Assembly (NCBI RefSeq): GCF_006345805.1
Contig: NW_021835217.1
Span: 1 to 42,016 of the forward strand
From: Octopus sinensis
Lineage: Eukaryota
Reading direction: 5' to 3'
DNA length: 42,016 nucleotides
The position numbers were made by a program, and so were the translations under genes. The notes below the pieces were generated by a model. It saw only the letters and a program-made list of their open reading frames with translations, ran no database searches and was not told the origin of the DNA. Of this stretch, positions 10,690 through 23,101 are shown piece after piece. Numbering within the stretch: the first letter of the stretch is position 1; every line of letters begins with the position of its first letter.

Positions 10690-12235
10690 GCTTTAGATGG
10701 AAAGAGGTGGAGAATTGAGACCACGAGGGACTGAGAAATGAGGAGAGAAGAAAATAAATTTCTTCTCATCAGAAGCATGAGTCCGGGTGTCCTCTGTGGA
10801 AGGCAAATCTGAACACAGATGCTCAGGGTCGAGTGGAAGTGGCATGAGACCGGGGTGTCATTGCTGAGTCAGATGTCCTAGAGATGTTCAGTAAACTGGT
10901 CAGCTAAGCACCAGCCAGTTTGACCAATGTACAGGGAATGACAGAGAGAGCAGAGGATGGAGTAGATTAAATTACTGGGGTTGCAGGTGACTGAATCAGT
11001 GGTGGGTGCCAGTGAGGATAGGGGCAGGTATGGCAGTATGTACGAGAGCAAAGGAAGGAGCCAGGTTGGGTGCCAGGAGTGGGCAATGGGCTATTGACCA
11101 GAAGGCCATGTAAGTTATGGGTGCATTTGAAGGAGTAGAGGGGTGAGTTGAGGAAGATGTGGGAGATGGAATGGGTCAGGTTGGAGTTGGCAAAAATCAC
11201 ACAAAGTAGTGCATTGAAGGGGTGATGGGTGAGGGGGCAAGGAAAGGGTGGGGTGGGTGAAGGGAAAGAGAGAGAGAGAGAGAGATAAGCAATGCACAGT
11301 CAACAGATTGAGCAAGCAAGTTTGGATAAGATGGTCAGGGGTCTCCTTGTTGGGTGAAGTGGTCAGCCATGAGTTAGGATTGCGTCTGAAGGTCATGGTT
11401 GTCACTACAGAGCTGGCAGAGATGGAGAAACTGAGAGTAAGGATGGAGTATTTGGTGTGAGTAGAGTGGGAAGCGGAGAAGAAATTGAGGTAAGAATTTG
11501 AGTCTTGGAGTTTATAGAGGCTGAAGGTGGTGAGAGAGGAGTGGTGGGGGTAAAGGAAATGTGAAGTAAGTTGACAGAAGTGTTGGAAATGGAGCAGGAG
11601 ATGCTGAGGGCAGGATGAAAGAGAGGAAGGAGTCGAGATGTTCGCAGGAGAGTAAGGTCCTGCTGATGCGGTCGTATCAGTATAATGACTGTAGAAACAT
11701 TGCCAGATAAGACTGGAGCCTGGTGCAGCCTTCTGGCTCCCCAGATCCCCGGTCGAACCGTCCAACCCATGCTAGCATGGAGAACGGACGTTAAATGATG
11801 ATGATGATGATGATGATAGCTCAGGAGTGGGACCAGTGAACTGAGAGAATGTTTGATGAACAGATTTTTCTCATGTCGGGGCCTATTCTCATTCCCATGG
11901 CAACTCCTAAGACCTGATGGTAAGATTTTCATGCAAACAAGACGCAATATAAATCAACCAGAGGAGGGTAAAGGTGTCAGGTTGAAGATCAGATCAAGGG
12001 AGTATTTCAATGTGAGGAGGCCTTCATTGTGAGCAATAACAGTGCATAAGGATTTTATGTCAAGGGTGAATAGGAGTCTGGAAGGGCTGGGAGGAAAAGG
12101 GGAAAGAATTTAACGAAGAGCATGATTGGTGTTGTGAATGTGTGATGGGAGGGAAGCGAATGTGTGAGGTGGGTGCGAGGACAAGATTGAGGTGTTTTAA
12201 GATGAGTACATTGGGGCAACTGCAGGCAGAAACAA
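10690..12235 (-). mobile_element. Penelope-like element fragment B: RT + GIY-YIG, decayed
   Basis: Minus strand: QVLGVAMGMRIGP (RT), LYK..DSNSYLNF..SHSTHTKYSI, GSFLCSRTYCHTCPY, SNLIYSILCSLCHSLYIGQTGWCLADQFTEHL..VSCHF. Confidence 0.82.
11690..11817 (+). mobile_element. RTE 3' end with (GAT)n tail, inserted in Penelope-like fragment B
   Basis: tagaaacattgccagataagactggagcc...ggacgttaaatgatgatg interrupts the PLE RT near its YxDD region. Confidence 0.85.
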
Positions 12236-12602
12236 TGAGGTGACCAGGGTTGTGTGTGTGTGTGTGTACTCATTTAGACATCACATGATGGTTGTAAATC
12301 ATCATACAAGCTTGGTCATTTGTTTTCAGTCTTCCATGAAAACCATGTCTATGGGAAATTTTACCTTCCCTGGAAACAGGTAAGGGTTGGCAACAGGAAG
12401 GGCACCCAGTCGTAGAAAATCTACCACCACAAATTCTGCCTGACCCATGCAATCAAGGAAATGTAGATGTTAATATAACAGTGATGTGTATGTTTGTGTG
12501 CATGCATGTGCAACTGTATATATATAGATATGTGTGTTTAAACAAAATATAAATTTTTTGTCAATCTGAAGTTAATCCTGACAAAACAATTTTCTTTTCC
12601 AG

Positions 12603-12668
12603 AACCAAAGGTTAGATGGTCCTGGCCTTGATTCTGATGATGAATTTGGTGAATTTGGTGGATTTCAG
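12603..12668 (+). CDS. CCDC91: CCDC91 exon (first seen), NQRLDGPGLDSDDEFGEFGGFQ
   Basis: ttttcttttccag acceptor, CAG|gtagtt donor, 66 nt, phase 0-0. The acidic FGGF motif resembles the remembered vertebrate start MDDDDFGGFEAA. No in-frame ATG. Confidence 0.8.
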
Positions 12669-14416
12669 GTAGTTGGTTAAGCTGTTATTTATTCTTGTTG
12701 CTTATTTTCCTTCCTTCATTCTCATAATTATCTTTTAAAGTTGATAACTTACCTATCACTGTAATACAAACTCTTCTTATAGAATATATAAAGGTGTGAA
12801 TCAATTAGTTCTTTACCCTATTAACTTTTTCTTTCATTTGCAACATTCAATATATTCAGGACTCTTGTAGGTCTACACCTGCTTCTTATTTTGAATTCAT
12901 TTCTGATTGAATTTGATTAGAAATTTGACCCCAAGAGATAAGTGCGTTGAGACGGACACTTTCTAGCTATTGTTTCAAGCAACATGACAGGGTCACAGAA
13001 TCATACAATATCTTGAGTGTTTGGAACACAGAACCCAGAATGGCTACATTATTTACATTCCAACATTGTGTCCTCTTTTTAACTTTTATTTATATATCCT
13101 CATATTGGTTGCTTATGTTGTCCCTTTCAGGAGCCAAACCTGTTCGTCACACCTTATGTAAAAGTAGAGACATTGCTTTATTGGGGCAAGTTGTTCATCC
13201 CTGAGATTGAACACTGGTCAGCTGAACCTGTAGGTAGGAGGTCTCACACCAGTGAGAAGAGTCAGTGAGAGAAAGGCCCCAAAATGATGTGCTTTCTCTC
13301 CCAATGACCCTTGAAACCTACTTCCTATTTGGTATGTGGAGTTTTCAGCTGACTGCACTTACACAAGCAAGCTGTCTCCATGTCTCAGCACCAAGGTACT
13401 GCAGTATCCCTAATATCTGCAAATTGTCATTCTTACCTGTAAACACAACAGGCTTTTGCCCTCAGGAACCAATGCTACTTAATTTTATTGACAGTAATTT
13501 AGCATTTATGTGAAGGTATGTGGCTTGGTGGTTAGGGTGTTGGACTCATCATCATAAGATTGTGCTTTCAGTTCCTAGACTGGACAATGTATTTTCTTTA
13601 GCAAAACACTTCTTTTCGTGTTGCTCCAGTCCACTCAGCTGCAAATGACTTCCAACAACAGCTGGTAAGTTAATCTTGCAACAGACTGGTGTCCCATCCA
13701 GGGGCAGGTGAATTTGTGGTCTCAGTCTCTTATGCACTATGGGAACCTGGTTTAAACTCCACTCTTGTGCATGTTAGGACCCAGGACAGACCCTAAAACC
13801 TCTAGTATTTCCAAACTCCTTTGATTGGAAACTGTTTTTGATGAAATATATTAATAAGAAAACTAAGATGATTGAGATTGTAGTCGACAGTCTTTGTTCA
13901 GTTGAATCCTGAGTTTCTGCAGATGAAACTGTTAAGAACTGCAGTGTTTGAAAGGTTGAGTTTATGAAGGTCTGGAAGCTGAAGAACTTCATCATCATCA
14001 TTTAACCCATATATGGCTATAAAAAAATGAAGTCTTGACATTTCACTGTATTTAGATTAAACATTATGGTAAGCTTTCACAACCTGGAAGAGAAGGGCAG
14101 GATGCCACTGTTAGCTACGGGTGTCGACTCCCTACTGAACATTTTGTATGCTCAGTCACATGCTTCCCGGTGAGTTCATGTCTAAACAAGCAGGAGCAGG
14201 TTTTGCATTGCAAAAACACAACCAGGGTTATACAGGGGTTAATGTCCGTCTGAATAGTCAAAATCAATTGAAGGAGTTATAGGCTGTAATCAGTGTTGGT
14301 TGGTTTGTAGCTGTCAAGTAACTAGTCGACTGATTGATGACTAAAAAATCGGCTAAATATACAGAATTGTAAATGATTGGTCTTAAACAAATACTGACAA
14401 AATTTCAAGTCATTGG

Positions 14417-14720
14417 CACAGGTGTGGCTGTTTGGAAAGTCCCACAGCAAGTGTCTACCAAAAAGCCTTGCTAGTGGATTTCATAGGTAAAAACTGAACG
14501 AAGCCCATCGTGTGTGTGTTTGTGTTTCTCCATGACCACCACTTGACAACCAGTGTTTACATCCCTGTAATGGAGCAGTTCAGCGAAAGAGGAGACGATA
14601 GAATAAGTATGAAGGTTAAAAAAAAAAGTCCTGGGGTCGATTCATTCAATTAAAATTCTTCGAGGTAATGCCCCAGCATAGCCACAGTCTAATGATTGAA
14701 ACAAGCAAAAGATAAAAGAT
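14417..14720 (+). mobile_element. Decayed SINE ending in a LINE-like 3' stem-loop and (AAAAGAT)n tail
   Basis: Body shares aaactgaa.gaagccc.tcg with minus copies at about 19280-19440, 24470-24630 and 27580-27680; 3' end ccccagcatagccacagtctaatgattgaaac. Confidence 0.65.
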
Positions 14721-14879
14721 GAAAAAGAAAATGAATTGTTATAAACAAATGTTGTTGATAATCCTCTTGAGCTTGATTCTTTCAAAATAATGTGAATGAA
14801 TAAACATGACATTTGACAGCCTAATCTAAATGCTAAAGGATTTAAGAGATTACCTTAGTGACAAACTGACTCACTAGAA

Positions 14880-15408
14880 CAGGGGTGGGGAAACTTTTTG
14901 GTGTGGTGGGCAAAAATTTCCAAAGGAAAAAGTCTGCGGGCAGATCACAAGTTCTAACTCTTATATGTGTAAATCTTGTATATATCTATGTATAATTTGA
15001 GACTCATTAATAAAGATAAGTTTAACACATTAAATTAATGCATAACATCTTCATTAACGCCACCACTGAATTTAGAAAGTTTATGTTACTTTTGAGGTAT
15101 TCTATATTTTCAGCTAGAGTGTAGTTGGGCCTCAAGGGGGTGGTACAAACCTAGCAATATATGTTTTATAGTGAAAACAAAATTTCCATTCAAATGGCAA
15201 TTACCAGGTGATTTCTGTTTGAGTCTAAATGTTTTAAGTCGTAGTGGGAACGCGACCTAATGTCACAAATAGGCATACAAATATTGTATAAATTTTATAA
15301 TTGAAAAATTTGCTACATTTTGTCCATACAAGTATAGCAGCCTGCAGGCGCAATAAAATGGGCTGATTGGTGCAATTGTGCCTACAGGTGGGGATCTCCC
15401 CAACCCTG
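14880..15408. mobile_element. Non-autonomous hAT-type element (MITE)
   Basis: Ends caggggtggggaaa and tctccccaaccctg; 8-bp flanks cactagaa and cagtagaa (7/8). Confidence 0.75.
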
Positions 15409-16896
15409 CAGTAGAACTTGCTTGCTGAGTACCATGTGTACTAAATGGTTCTGTGCTGAGAAAAGAGACATGTTTATACTATGTGGGAATGTTTGAGTAG
15501 AGGTGTGCTGAGCGATTGGTTCTTGAAGGTGTTGGTGATTGGCTGATAAATTGATCTGAGAAGTTGTTTTCTATTGTTTAATCTGATGTGAATTTCAATG
15601 AAGCTGACCAATAATCAAAAGTATTCCAATCCTGATTATTTTGTCTTTATATATGCACTCTATGCAGTTCTATACACCCATACTGTGTGTATATATAGAG
15701 CTCTGTCTAATGTGTCCTTTTTTTTCATACTAACACAGCAGGGTGTGAATTGAGGAATGTTTGTCTGCTATTTCTAGCAAGTCAAGCTTGCTACAAAGGT
15801 TTCCCTCGTTGGCTCCTCATCTTTTTAGTGATATTCTCTTTAAGAAAGTATTGCATTCATTTTATTCCGGGGAAAAAAAAAGAAGTACATTTGTTCCTAA
15901 ATGCTTGATTAGTTTCTGTGAAAAGCTTTTGGTTACAAATGTATGTGAAAGATCGGTTCCTAAAGGACTTTGTGGGGTCATTTGTTGTCTTGGAAAGGCT
16001 GTGTATTTCATTAATTTAGATTTAACTCTAAGGCAGTAAGCTGGCAAAATTGTTAGCAATAACCAGGCAAAATGCTTCGCAGCATTTCGTCTGTCTTTAC
16101 ATTCTGAGTTCAAATGACACCAGGATCGACTTTGTTTTTCGTCCTTTTGGGGTCGATAAAATAAGTACCAGTTGAGTACTGGAGTCAATGTAATCAACCT
16201 AGTCTCTCCCTCAAAATTGCTGGCTTTGTGCCAAGATATGAAACCAATTTAAATTTAACTCAATCAATACATACTACTACATTCCTATTTTAACTGATTG
16301 ATTTCTCTTTTTGTATGAAATAACCCCTTTTATCTGGTTTCAGATCAAAGCAAAGAAATTTCCAGGTGTTGGTTATTGTTTAATGTTGTTAGGGCTTAGC
16401 ATCAGTGTCATCATTTAACACTAACTGGCCCCGTGCTGTCAAAACTGACGGCTAAATGTAGTAGTTTATATATAAATAAGGTACATAATAATCACACATA
16501 CAAACATTCACACACTTCCCTTGTACATGCACACATACTCACTCACAGTTGAAATGCTGTTTGATTCTTTTTTTCAGCATTGAACGTTCACCATTCCATT
16601 TTCATTGCACACACACAAACATTCACATACCTCCCTTTTACATACACACACATATACTCACACAGATGAAACACTGATTTTTTTCACCCCTTCCTTTCTC
16701 ATTCATATATTATGATTGAGAAAAACAGAAAATATGATGTGCTCTTTGCTACTTCCTTTCTCTCATTGCTATTACTTTCTTTCACTCTCTCTCACTCAGG
16801 GCTATTACTCTCACTACTTTTCCTTCACTGAATTACTATTTTCTCTCTTCACTTATACTACTCTTTCTCCTACTCCTACTCTGTGATTTTGGACAA

Positions 16897-16933
<37 letters not shown>

Positions 16934-17061
16934 TAAAAACACTACGCTCATTATTATATTAGGGGATTATAGTGTTAGTGTTCAATATTACAGTGTTGTT
17001 ACTTATGAGTAGAGTGTTGATATGATAACTTTAACATTGTTCTGATTCCATTGTGTTTCAG

Positions 17062-17149
17062 GCAGCTGAACCAGTTCCACCTCATGAGCCCCAAGGTATA
17101 GCTGCTGGACCAAACGCTGGGAATTTACCTTGGATGATGTTTCCTCCAG
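17062..17149 (+). CDS. CCDC91: CCDC91 exon, AAEPVPPHEPQGIAAGPNAGNLPWMMFPP
   Basis: tgtttcag acceptor, G|gtagtt donor, phase 0-1. LPWMMFP resembles vertebrate IPWAAFP. Confidence 0.85.
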
Positions 17150-17314
17150 GTAGTTACTATACAAACATTATTCTGCATCTGTCTAACTCTCTCCATAACC
17201 ACCTTTCCACCCCCCTCTCTCTTTCTCTCTCCCTCCTCTCTCTCTTCCACTCTCCCCTCTCTCTCTCTCTCACATGGTAGTTAATTGTTTTGCAGATTGT
17301 TAAACAAAGAATAT

Positions 17315-17544
17315 TTAACCCTTTTGTTACCATATTTCTGTTGAGATGCTTCTATGTTTCTTTCAATTACTTTAAATATAACAAAGAATTTAGTAAAATG
17401 ACTTCGTTATCATTCAGTTAGTGTTAGGAGCATAAATTGTGACTAAGTTTTGATGGAAGATTTTGAGGCAGAACTTTTGAAAACAAGACATTTGTACTAC
17501 AGAGCCAGGGGCAGTTTCAGCCAGGTTGGTATCCAAATGGTTAA
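17315..17544. mobile_element. piggyBac-type MITE (TTAA-flanked), copy 1
   Basis: TTAA|cccttttgttacc...ggtatccaaatgg|TTAA; the internal sequence is the reverse complement of the copy at 22301-22518. Confidence 0.7.
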
Positions 17545-17842
17545 ACAAAAGTCTATCAATATGTCAGACACCATTAATTCTTTACATGTTAATGTAAAGC
17601 TAATTAAAATTGGAAGCGGTTTGTAGGAATGTAACAGCATTTACTTTGAGGCCATGTCTAAAATATATGTATGAACATATAGGCAATGGATCAAATCCTT
17701 CCACAAACCTTGAGAAGCAACTGGAAATTTCTAAAGTCATTTTATGCTTCACCACTATTGTCTGAGAATGCCAAAAGTTTCCAACAATTTCATTTTCCTA
17801 GTTCTATAAATCTGAAATGTACTTATATAAGAAATCAATGTT

Positions 17843-17987
17843 GGCATTAGGAAGGGCATCCAGCCATAGAAACCATGCCAAATCAGATTGGAACTAGGTG
17901 CAGCTCCTCAGCTTACCAATTTTCTGTTAAACTGTCCGACCCATGCCAGCATGGAGAACGGATGTTAAATGATGATGATTATGATGA
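17843..17987 (+). mobile_element. RTE 3' end, older copy
   Basis: gttggcattaggaagggcatccagc...gcatggagaacggatgttaaatgatgatg. Confidence 0.75.
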
Positions 17988-18284
17988 ATCTAGTGTAATT
18001 ATAATCATTACATAATACTATGGCAGGTTTTTCAATATTTTTATCAATTTCTTTTAAAAGTTTAAACTCATTTTTCTCCCAACTGTAAATTGTTTGAACA
18101 AATCTCAGAAAATGCTTGCTAATTTTTCAGTTGTGGAGTAAAGTGGAATGTGTTTTCCAACAAAAGTCAAAGCAAATTGTAATTTTCTTTACTAAGGAAT
18201 GCAATCCATTGATATTTGAACCAAAAAGGGTCTCCAGTGGTACTGCTCAACCTGCTAAATATAGCTGTCGAATTTCCCTTAAAT

Positions 18285-18585
18285 CAGTGTTTCTCAACCA
18301 TTCTTTATCTATGGACCCCTTTGATTACTATTTTACTCTGGTGGACTCACATAACCATCCTCTTTTGTTATTCAAACATTAAACTATGAAGGTTGAACTG
18401 TGTAAAACATTTCAGAAAGAAACGAAGCTGTTTCTTGCCATAAACACATCTCAATAGCAACATTTTTTCATTTACCCATAAAATGTTGCTGTGGATCCTC
18501 AATTTTCTATTTGGCTTGCATGGACCACAAAAAATCTTATAGAGACCCCACCACGTGCCATATGGACCCTGGATGAGAACCACTG
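18285..18585. mobile_element. Non-autonomous hAT-type MITE
   Basis: Ends cagtgtttctcaacc and ggatgagaaccactg; 8-bp flanks ccttaaat and cctttaat (7/8). Confidence 0.75.
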
Positions 18586-18862
18586 CCTTTAATCACACCC
18601 TACTGTGTTTTTTTAAAATATATATCTATGACTACTTTGGGTGAGAGGTATTAGATACATAATGCCTAAATAAAGATGGGATTTGTTGGTCATTATCTGA
18701 ACATTTTTTATCATAGGTCTGTTCTATGGAGATATCTTGGAGCTCAACAACAACAACCCATTCATTGCTGGAAGATTTGAAATTATGATTGCTGCAATAA
18801 CTTGTCTCACATTCTCAATCGTCTTATCTCGCTCAGTAATAATGTTTTAATTTCCATTTTAG

Positions 18863-19038
18863 ATTTACAGCAAAGACCAGCCCATTCTCAGCCTGACCTT
18901 CTGTGTGCCCAGAACACATTTCCCAGGCATCTTGATTCACCACCATCTGTCCATGACCGAATGGCACCAGATAGTGTTGTGACTGGAGCAGCCGTCGTCA
19001 GTCAGTTTGATGCCAATCTCTTGCCAGACATTGGACAG
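18863..19038 (+). CDS. CCDC91: CCDC91 exon, DLQQRPAHSQPD...LLPDIGQ
   Basis: tttccattttag acceptor, CAG|gtcagt donor, 176 nt, phase 1-0, fits both neighbours. Confidence 0.8.
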
Positions 19039-20031
19039 GTCAGTTTAGCCAAAGAATTTACATAACTTGTATCTGTTATATTTTTTCAGTCATTGGACTG
19101 TGGCCAAGCTGGAGCACTGCCTTGAAGAATTTTAGTTGAACAAATTGACCCCAGTACTCTCTATTTTTTTTTTCAAGTACAGTACTTATTCTTTTGGTTT
19201 CTTGCCAAACTGCTAAGTTATGGAGACACAAACAAACCAACACTGGTTGTCTATTGGTGGGGGTGACAGACACAAAGAAATACACACACATACAACAGGC
19301 TTCTTTCAGTTTCCATCTACCAAATTCATTCAGGGCTTTGATTGACCTGGGACTACAGTAGAAAACACTTGCCCAAAGTGCCTCGCAATGAGACTGAACC
19401 TGAAACCCTGTGGTTGAGAAGCAAATTTCTTACCACACAGCCTTCTTGAGACTAATTTTCATGTTGTAAGTTTTCCTTTTTCTCTCTATTTTCTCACCTT
19501 TTAAAACAAATCATTTACAACTGGGTGTAAGCAATTGAAACAGCATTAAATCAAAATAGCCAGCTGTGTATCATACTTAGAATATATACACTGTTGACAG
19601 GCAAGATGCTGTGGATTTTCTCTGAGAGAAAATCTCTTCATAGACATACCATGTTAAAAAACAATATATATTAAACTGAATTGAACATTTTCCCAGCAGT
19701 GACATGTGAGAATAAGTTTCAGTCTTGCTTTAGCCTTGTCAGTGAAGTGTATTTACAAGTCACATGCCTAAACAATTTTTTTTTCCTTGTGATATACACA
19801 TTCACTGATTTTGGGGAAAGCCTGCTGCGCTGAATAAAAAATCTTAGATGAACGTTATTTGCTAGTAACTATTACAGAAGGAGCCTTAATTTTGATTTAC
19901 TTCTGGCTTGGGGCTGATCTTGTTTTCCCCTTTTATTTTAAAATTAAAATCTAAAACTTAAAAAAAAAAAAAATTTTTTTTTGTATAGTTATTGTTTGAT
20001 TTTCAAATTTTACTAAATTTTCTTTTTGCAG

Positions 20032-20616
20032 AATTTGAATCATGGAATGCAACCAAATATGATGAATGGCATGTTTAATGCTCCTCCCTCTGTAGCCGAT
20101 CACCAGGCGAGACGTTGTGATCTCAGCAATAGTGTTGCTGGGGTAGACCTTGTCAGCCCGGCAGGCCCAAGCTGGAGGCGTCCGTCATATGGCCATGAAG
20201 GTCTCTCCATGGCTGATGTACCAGACCTCAACCAGCCAGCCAGCTGGCGCCATGGAAATGCATCAGCATCCCCTCGCTGTCCGAGCTTCGATGAGGTCTT
20301 GAATGGGCCACAACACTATGTTCCTGACCAACGGATGCAGCAACCTCTGCCCCAACCTCCACACCCTCCCGCACCTCTGCCGCAACAGGAACAACAACAA
20401 CAGCAGCAGCATCACCAATCTTTACCACCCCACCATCATCCACACCACCAACGCGCACACCCACCATCACAACAACAACAGCAACAGCAACAGCAGCAGC
20501 AGCCACCACCATCTGTAATTGAAGATCTCGGTGGTGCTACTGGTGGTTTGCCTGTTGTTCCGAAGCAGGAGAGGCGGCGTGATCATTCGGATGGACAAAG
20601 AGACAGTTACTTATTG
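20032..20616 (+). CDS. CCDC91: CCDC91 large exon with polyQ/H/P tract
   Basis: tttctttttgcag acceptor, TTG|gtaatt donor, 585 nt open frame, phase 0-0. Confidence 0.78.
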
Positions 20617-20819
20617 GTAATTAACAGAAATTGCATAAAATCCATCGTGTGTGTGTGTGTGTGTGTAAGTATGTTAAATTACCAATCATCTTGATCCTTT
20701 AGATTCAACAGCCTGTTGTTGATATTCTTTACTCCATCCTATAAATTCTGGATTCTGAAGTCTCCCTCATTCACAGTTTCCATCCACACACATAATATGG
20801 CTTGTTTGATGCCAGGGCC

Positions 20820-21010
20820 ACCTGACTGGCTCCCGTGCTGGTGGCACGTAAAAAGTACCCACTACACTCTCGGAGTGGTTGGTATTAGGAAGGGCATCCG
20901 GCCGTAGAAACTCTGCCAGATCAAGATTGGAGCCTGGTGCAGCCTCCCAGCTTGCCAGTCCTCAGTCAAACTGTCCAACCCATGCCAGCATGGAAAATGG
21001 ACATTAAGCA
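20820..21010 (+). mobile_element. RTE 3' end
   Basis: gtggcacgtaaaaagtacccactacactctcggagtggttgg...gcatggaaaatggacattaa. Confidence 0.8.
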
Positions 21011-21182
21011 GTGACAACTGCCATTCACAACCAAGTATAACCCCAGGGTACCAATGATTATAGAATTTTTTCCCTTTGAATATATGAGGAATAAGAGATT
21101 CTTTACTTGAAAAAGAGGTGAGGGTTAGCAATGGGAAGAGCATCTGGCTGTATATTTCAATGATATATGTATTCATCTAATT

Positions 21183-21478
21183 GAGTGGTTCCCAAACTTT
21201 TTCAGGCTGCCACCCCCTTGACACCCAGCGCCCCCACCCCAACTTACCACCACAAACATAGACCTCTTTCTGAAGCAAATTCAAAACAACTGTTTTTCAC
21301 AAATAAGACTTAACCTAATGAACCTATTATTTAGTTATTTTTACATGAATCTCTACCCTATTATTACACCACTTTCTACATGAATTGCTATCCCATTATT
21401 GCCCCACTTTTTTTCAACACCCTCTTGGAACTTTCCACCACCCCCAGGGCAGCAATACCACCCATTTTGGGAACCAGT
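21183..21478. mobile_element. Probable decayed hAT-type MITE
   Basis: Ends agtggttcccaaa and tttgggaaccagt; no clear TSD. Confidence 0.45.
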
Positions 21479-21925
21479 CCATGGTAGCATAAAAAACCAA
21501 GCATGAAAATGAATGAATGAATGAAAATAAAAATATATATAGATGTGTGTGTGTCACGTTATTGACCAGATTATCAGATGTCATTATACATCACTGGTCA
21601 CAATGCACTTTACACTGTTTTAGTTTTCAAATGATGCCACCCCACTGGCTAGCAAGCAAGTCAACGTTTCCCCTGATTGGAAGGCTAACCTATCACAGGG
21701 TTACCCATTTACAGATTAGTGGACTGGAGCAACATGAAATGAAGTGTTTTGCTCAAGAACATGATATGCAGCTGGTCTGAGAACCAAAACCATGATCTCA
21801 TGATTGTGAGTGCATCACCCTACCCACTAGGCCACACACACAAAATGATTACAGCTGCTGCCACAGATACCATTCATAAACCAATATACCAACTTTAGAA
21901 AAACCATTTTCCTTTATTTTTGCAG

Positions 21926-22030
21926 AAACAATTGGATGAACTACGCAGCAGAAATATAGAGCTTACCTCAAGGGTGGACAGCTTGCAAGTTCAGCTTTCT
22001 GAGCAGAAATCCAAATATGAGTCTTTACAA
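21926..22030 (+). CDS. CCDC91: CCDC91 coiled-coil exon, KQLDELRSRNIELTSRVDSLQVQLSEQKSKYESLQ
   Basis: tttatttttgcag acceptor, gtaagt donor, 105 nt. Confidence 0.87.
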
Positions 22031-22045
22031 GTAAGTGTCGCTGTT

Positions 22046-22300
22046 TCTAAGAGAACTGTGAAATGCAATTCTTATGGAAAATATTGAAGATAGCATGGAC
22101 AGACAAAGTATCTAGTGAAGAAGTGGTGATCCAGGATGTGGTAAATAGGAGACTGTTTAGTGAGATAAAGGGCCAAGCGACTGAGATTTCTTGGTCATGT
22201 GATGAGGAAAGGGGGCCTGACTGAAAGATTGGAAGGAAAAGAAGCAGAGAAAGGAGAAGGATGTTATTGAGCTTAAGGAACTGGTTGGAAGAAAAAGGCA
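22046..22300 (+). mobile_element. Old RTE-like LINE C-terminal fragment
   Basis: EMQFLWKILKIAWTDKVSSEEV...KRLRFLGHVMRKGG...LEGK, with frameshifts. Confidence 0.65.
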
Positions 22301-22518
22301 TTAACCCTTTCATTACCAAACCAGCTCTAGCTCTGAGTAGAAATGTCTTGTTTTCATAAGTTTTGAATTAAAATCTTCCATCAAACCTTAATCTCAATTT
22401 ATGTTCCTAACACTAGCTTAATGATAACCAAGTTATTTTACTAAACTCTTTGTTATATTTAAAGTAATTGAAAGAAACACAGAGCATCTCAACAGAAATA
22501 CGGTAACGAAAGGGTTAA
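22301..22518. mobile_element. piggyBac-type MITE (TTAA-flanked), copy 2
   Basis: TTAA|ccctttcattacc...ggtaacgaaaggg|TTAA, TIR 12/13. Confidence 0.8.
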
Positions 22519-23101
22519 ACATCAGGAAGTGGAATTGTTATAGAAAACAAAGAACAGAGAATTGCAGTAGGACATGATCACCTATGTCCTAAATTCTAGA
22601 CATGGTACCTAAAGAAAGAAAGAATCACTATTTTACATTTGAGTCCAGTTCCAAGTTCAAGACATTTTTGTAGGAATTACTTTGGTGTGTGTTAGTGAGT
22701 CATACCTTCCCATTCTGTTCAGTCCTCTGGGCCACTTCTCTTAAATTTACCTTCCGATAACTTGAGGGTTTGCCCTGACATATCTTCATCACCATCCTTC
22801 CACTTTTCCAACTGGGGTAACCATGTATCTTCTCTACAGTAAGGTGCCTGTTCCTGACCCCTCTATCATACTTTAACCTGATGAGACAAGAGGTAGACGA
22901 TAAGGACAAACAGAGAAGAGTGTTGTGGGGTTCCACAAACTGTATCTCTACTTTAGCAGGGAAAACAGCTTTACAACACTTGTTGTGCAGCTTAATTAAT
23001 GATTGTATGGTCTCTCAACCTGTTAGAAATAGCACCTATATTCCCCTTCAGTTACAATCCCATCATCTGGTTAAATCTGATTATTGCTATTTCAATTTCA
23101 G

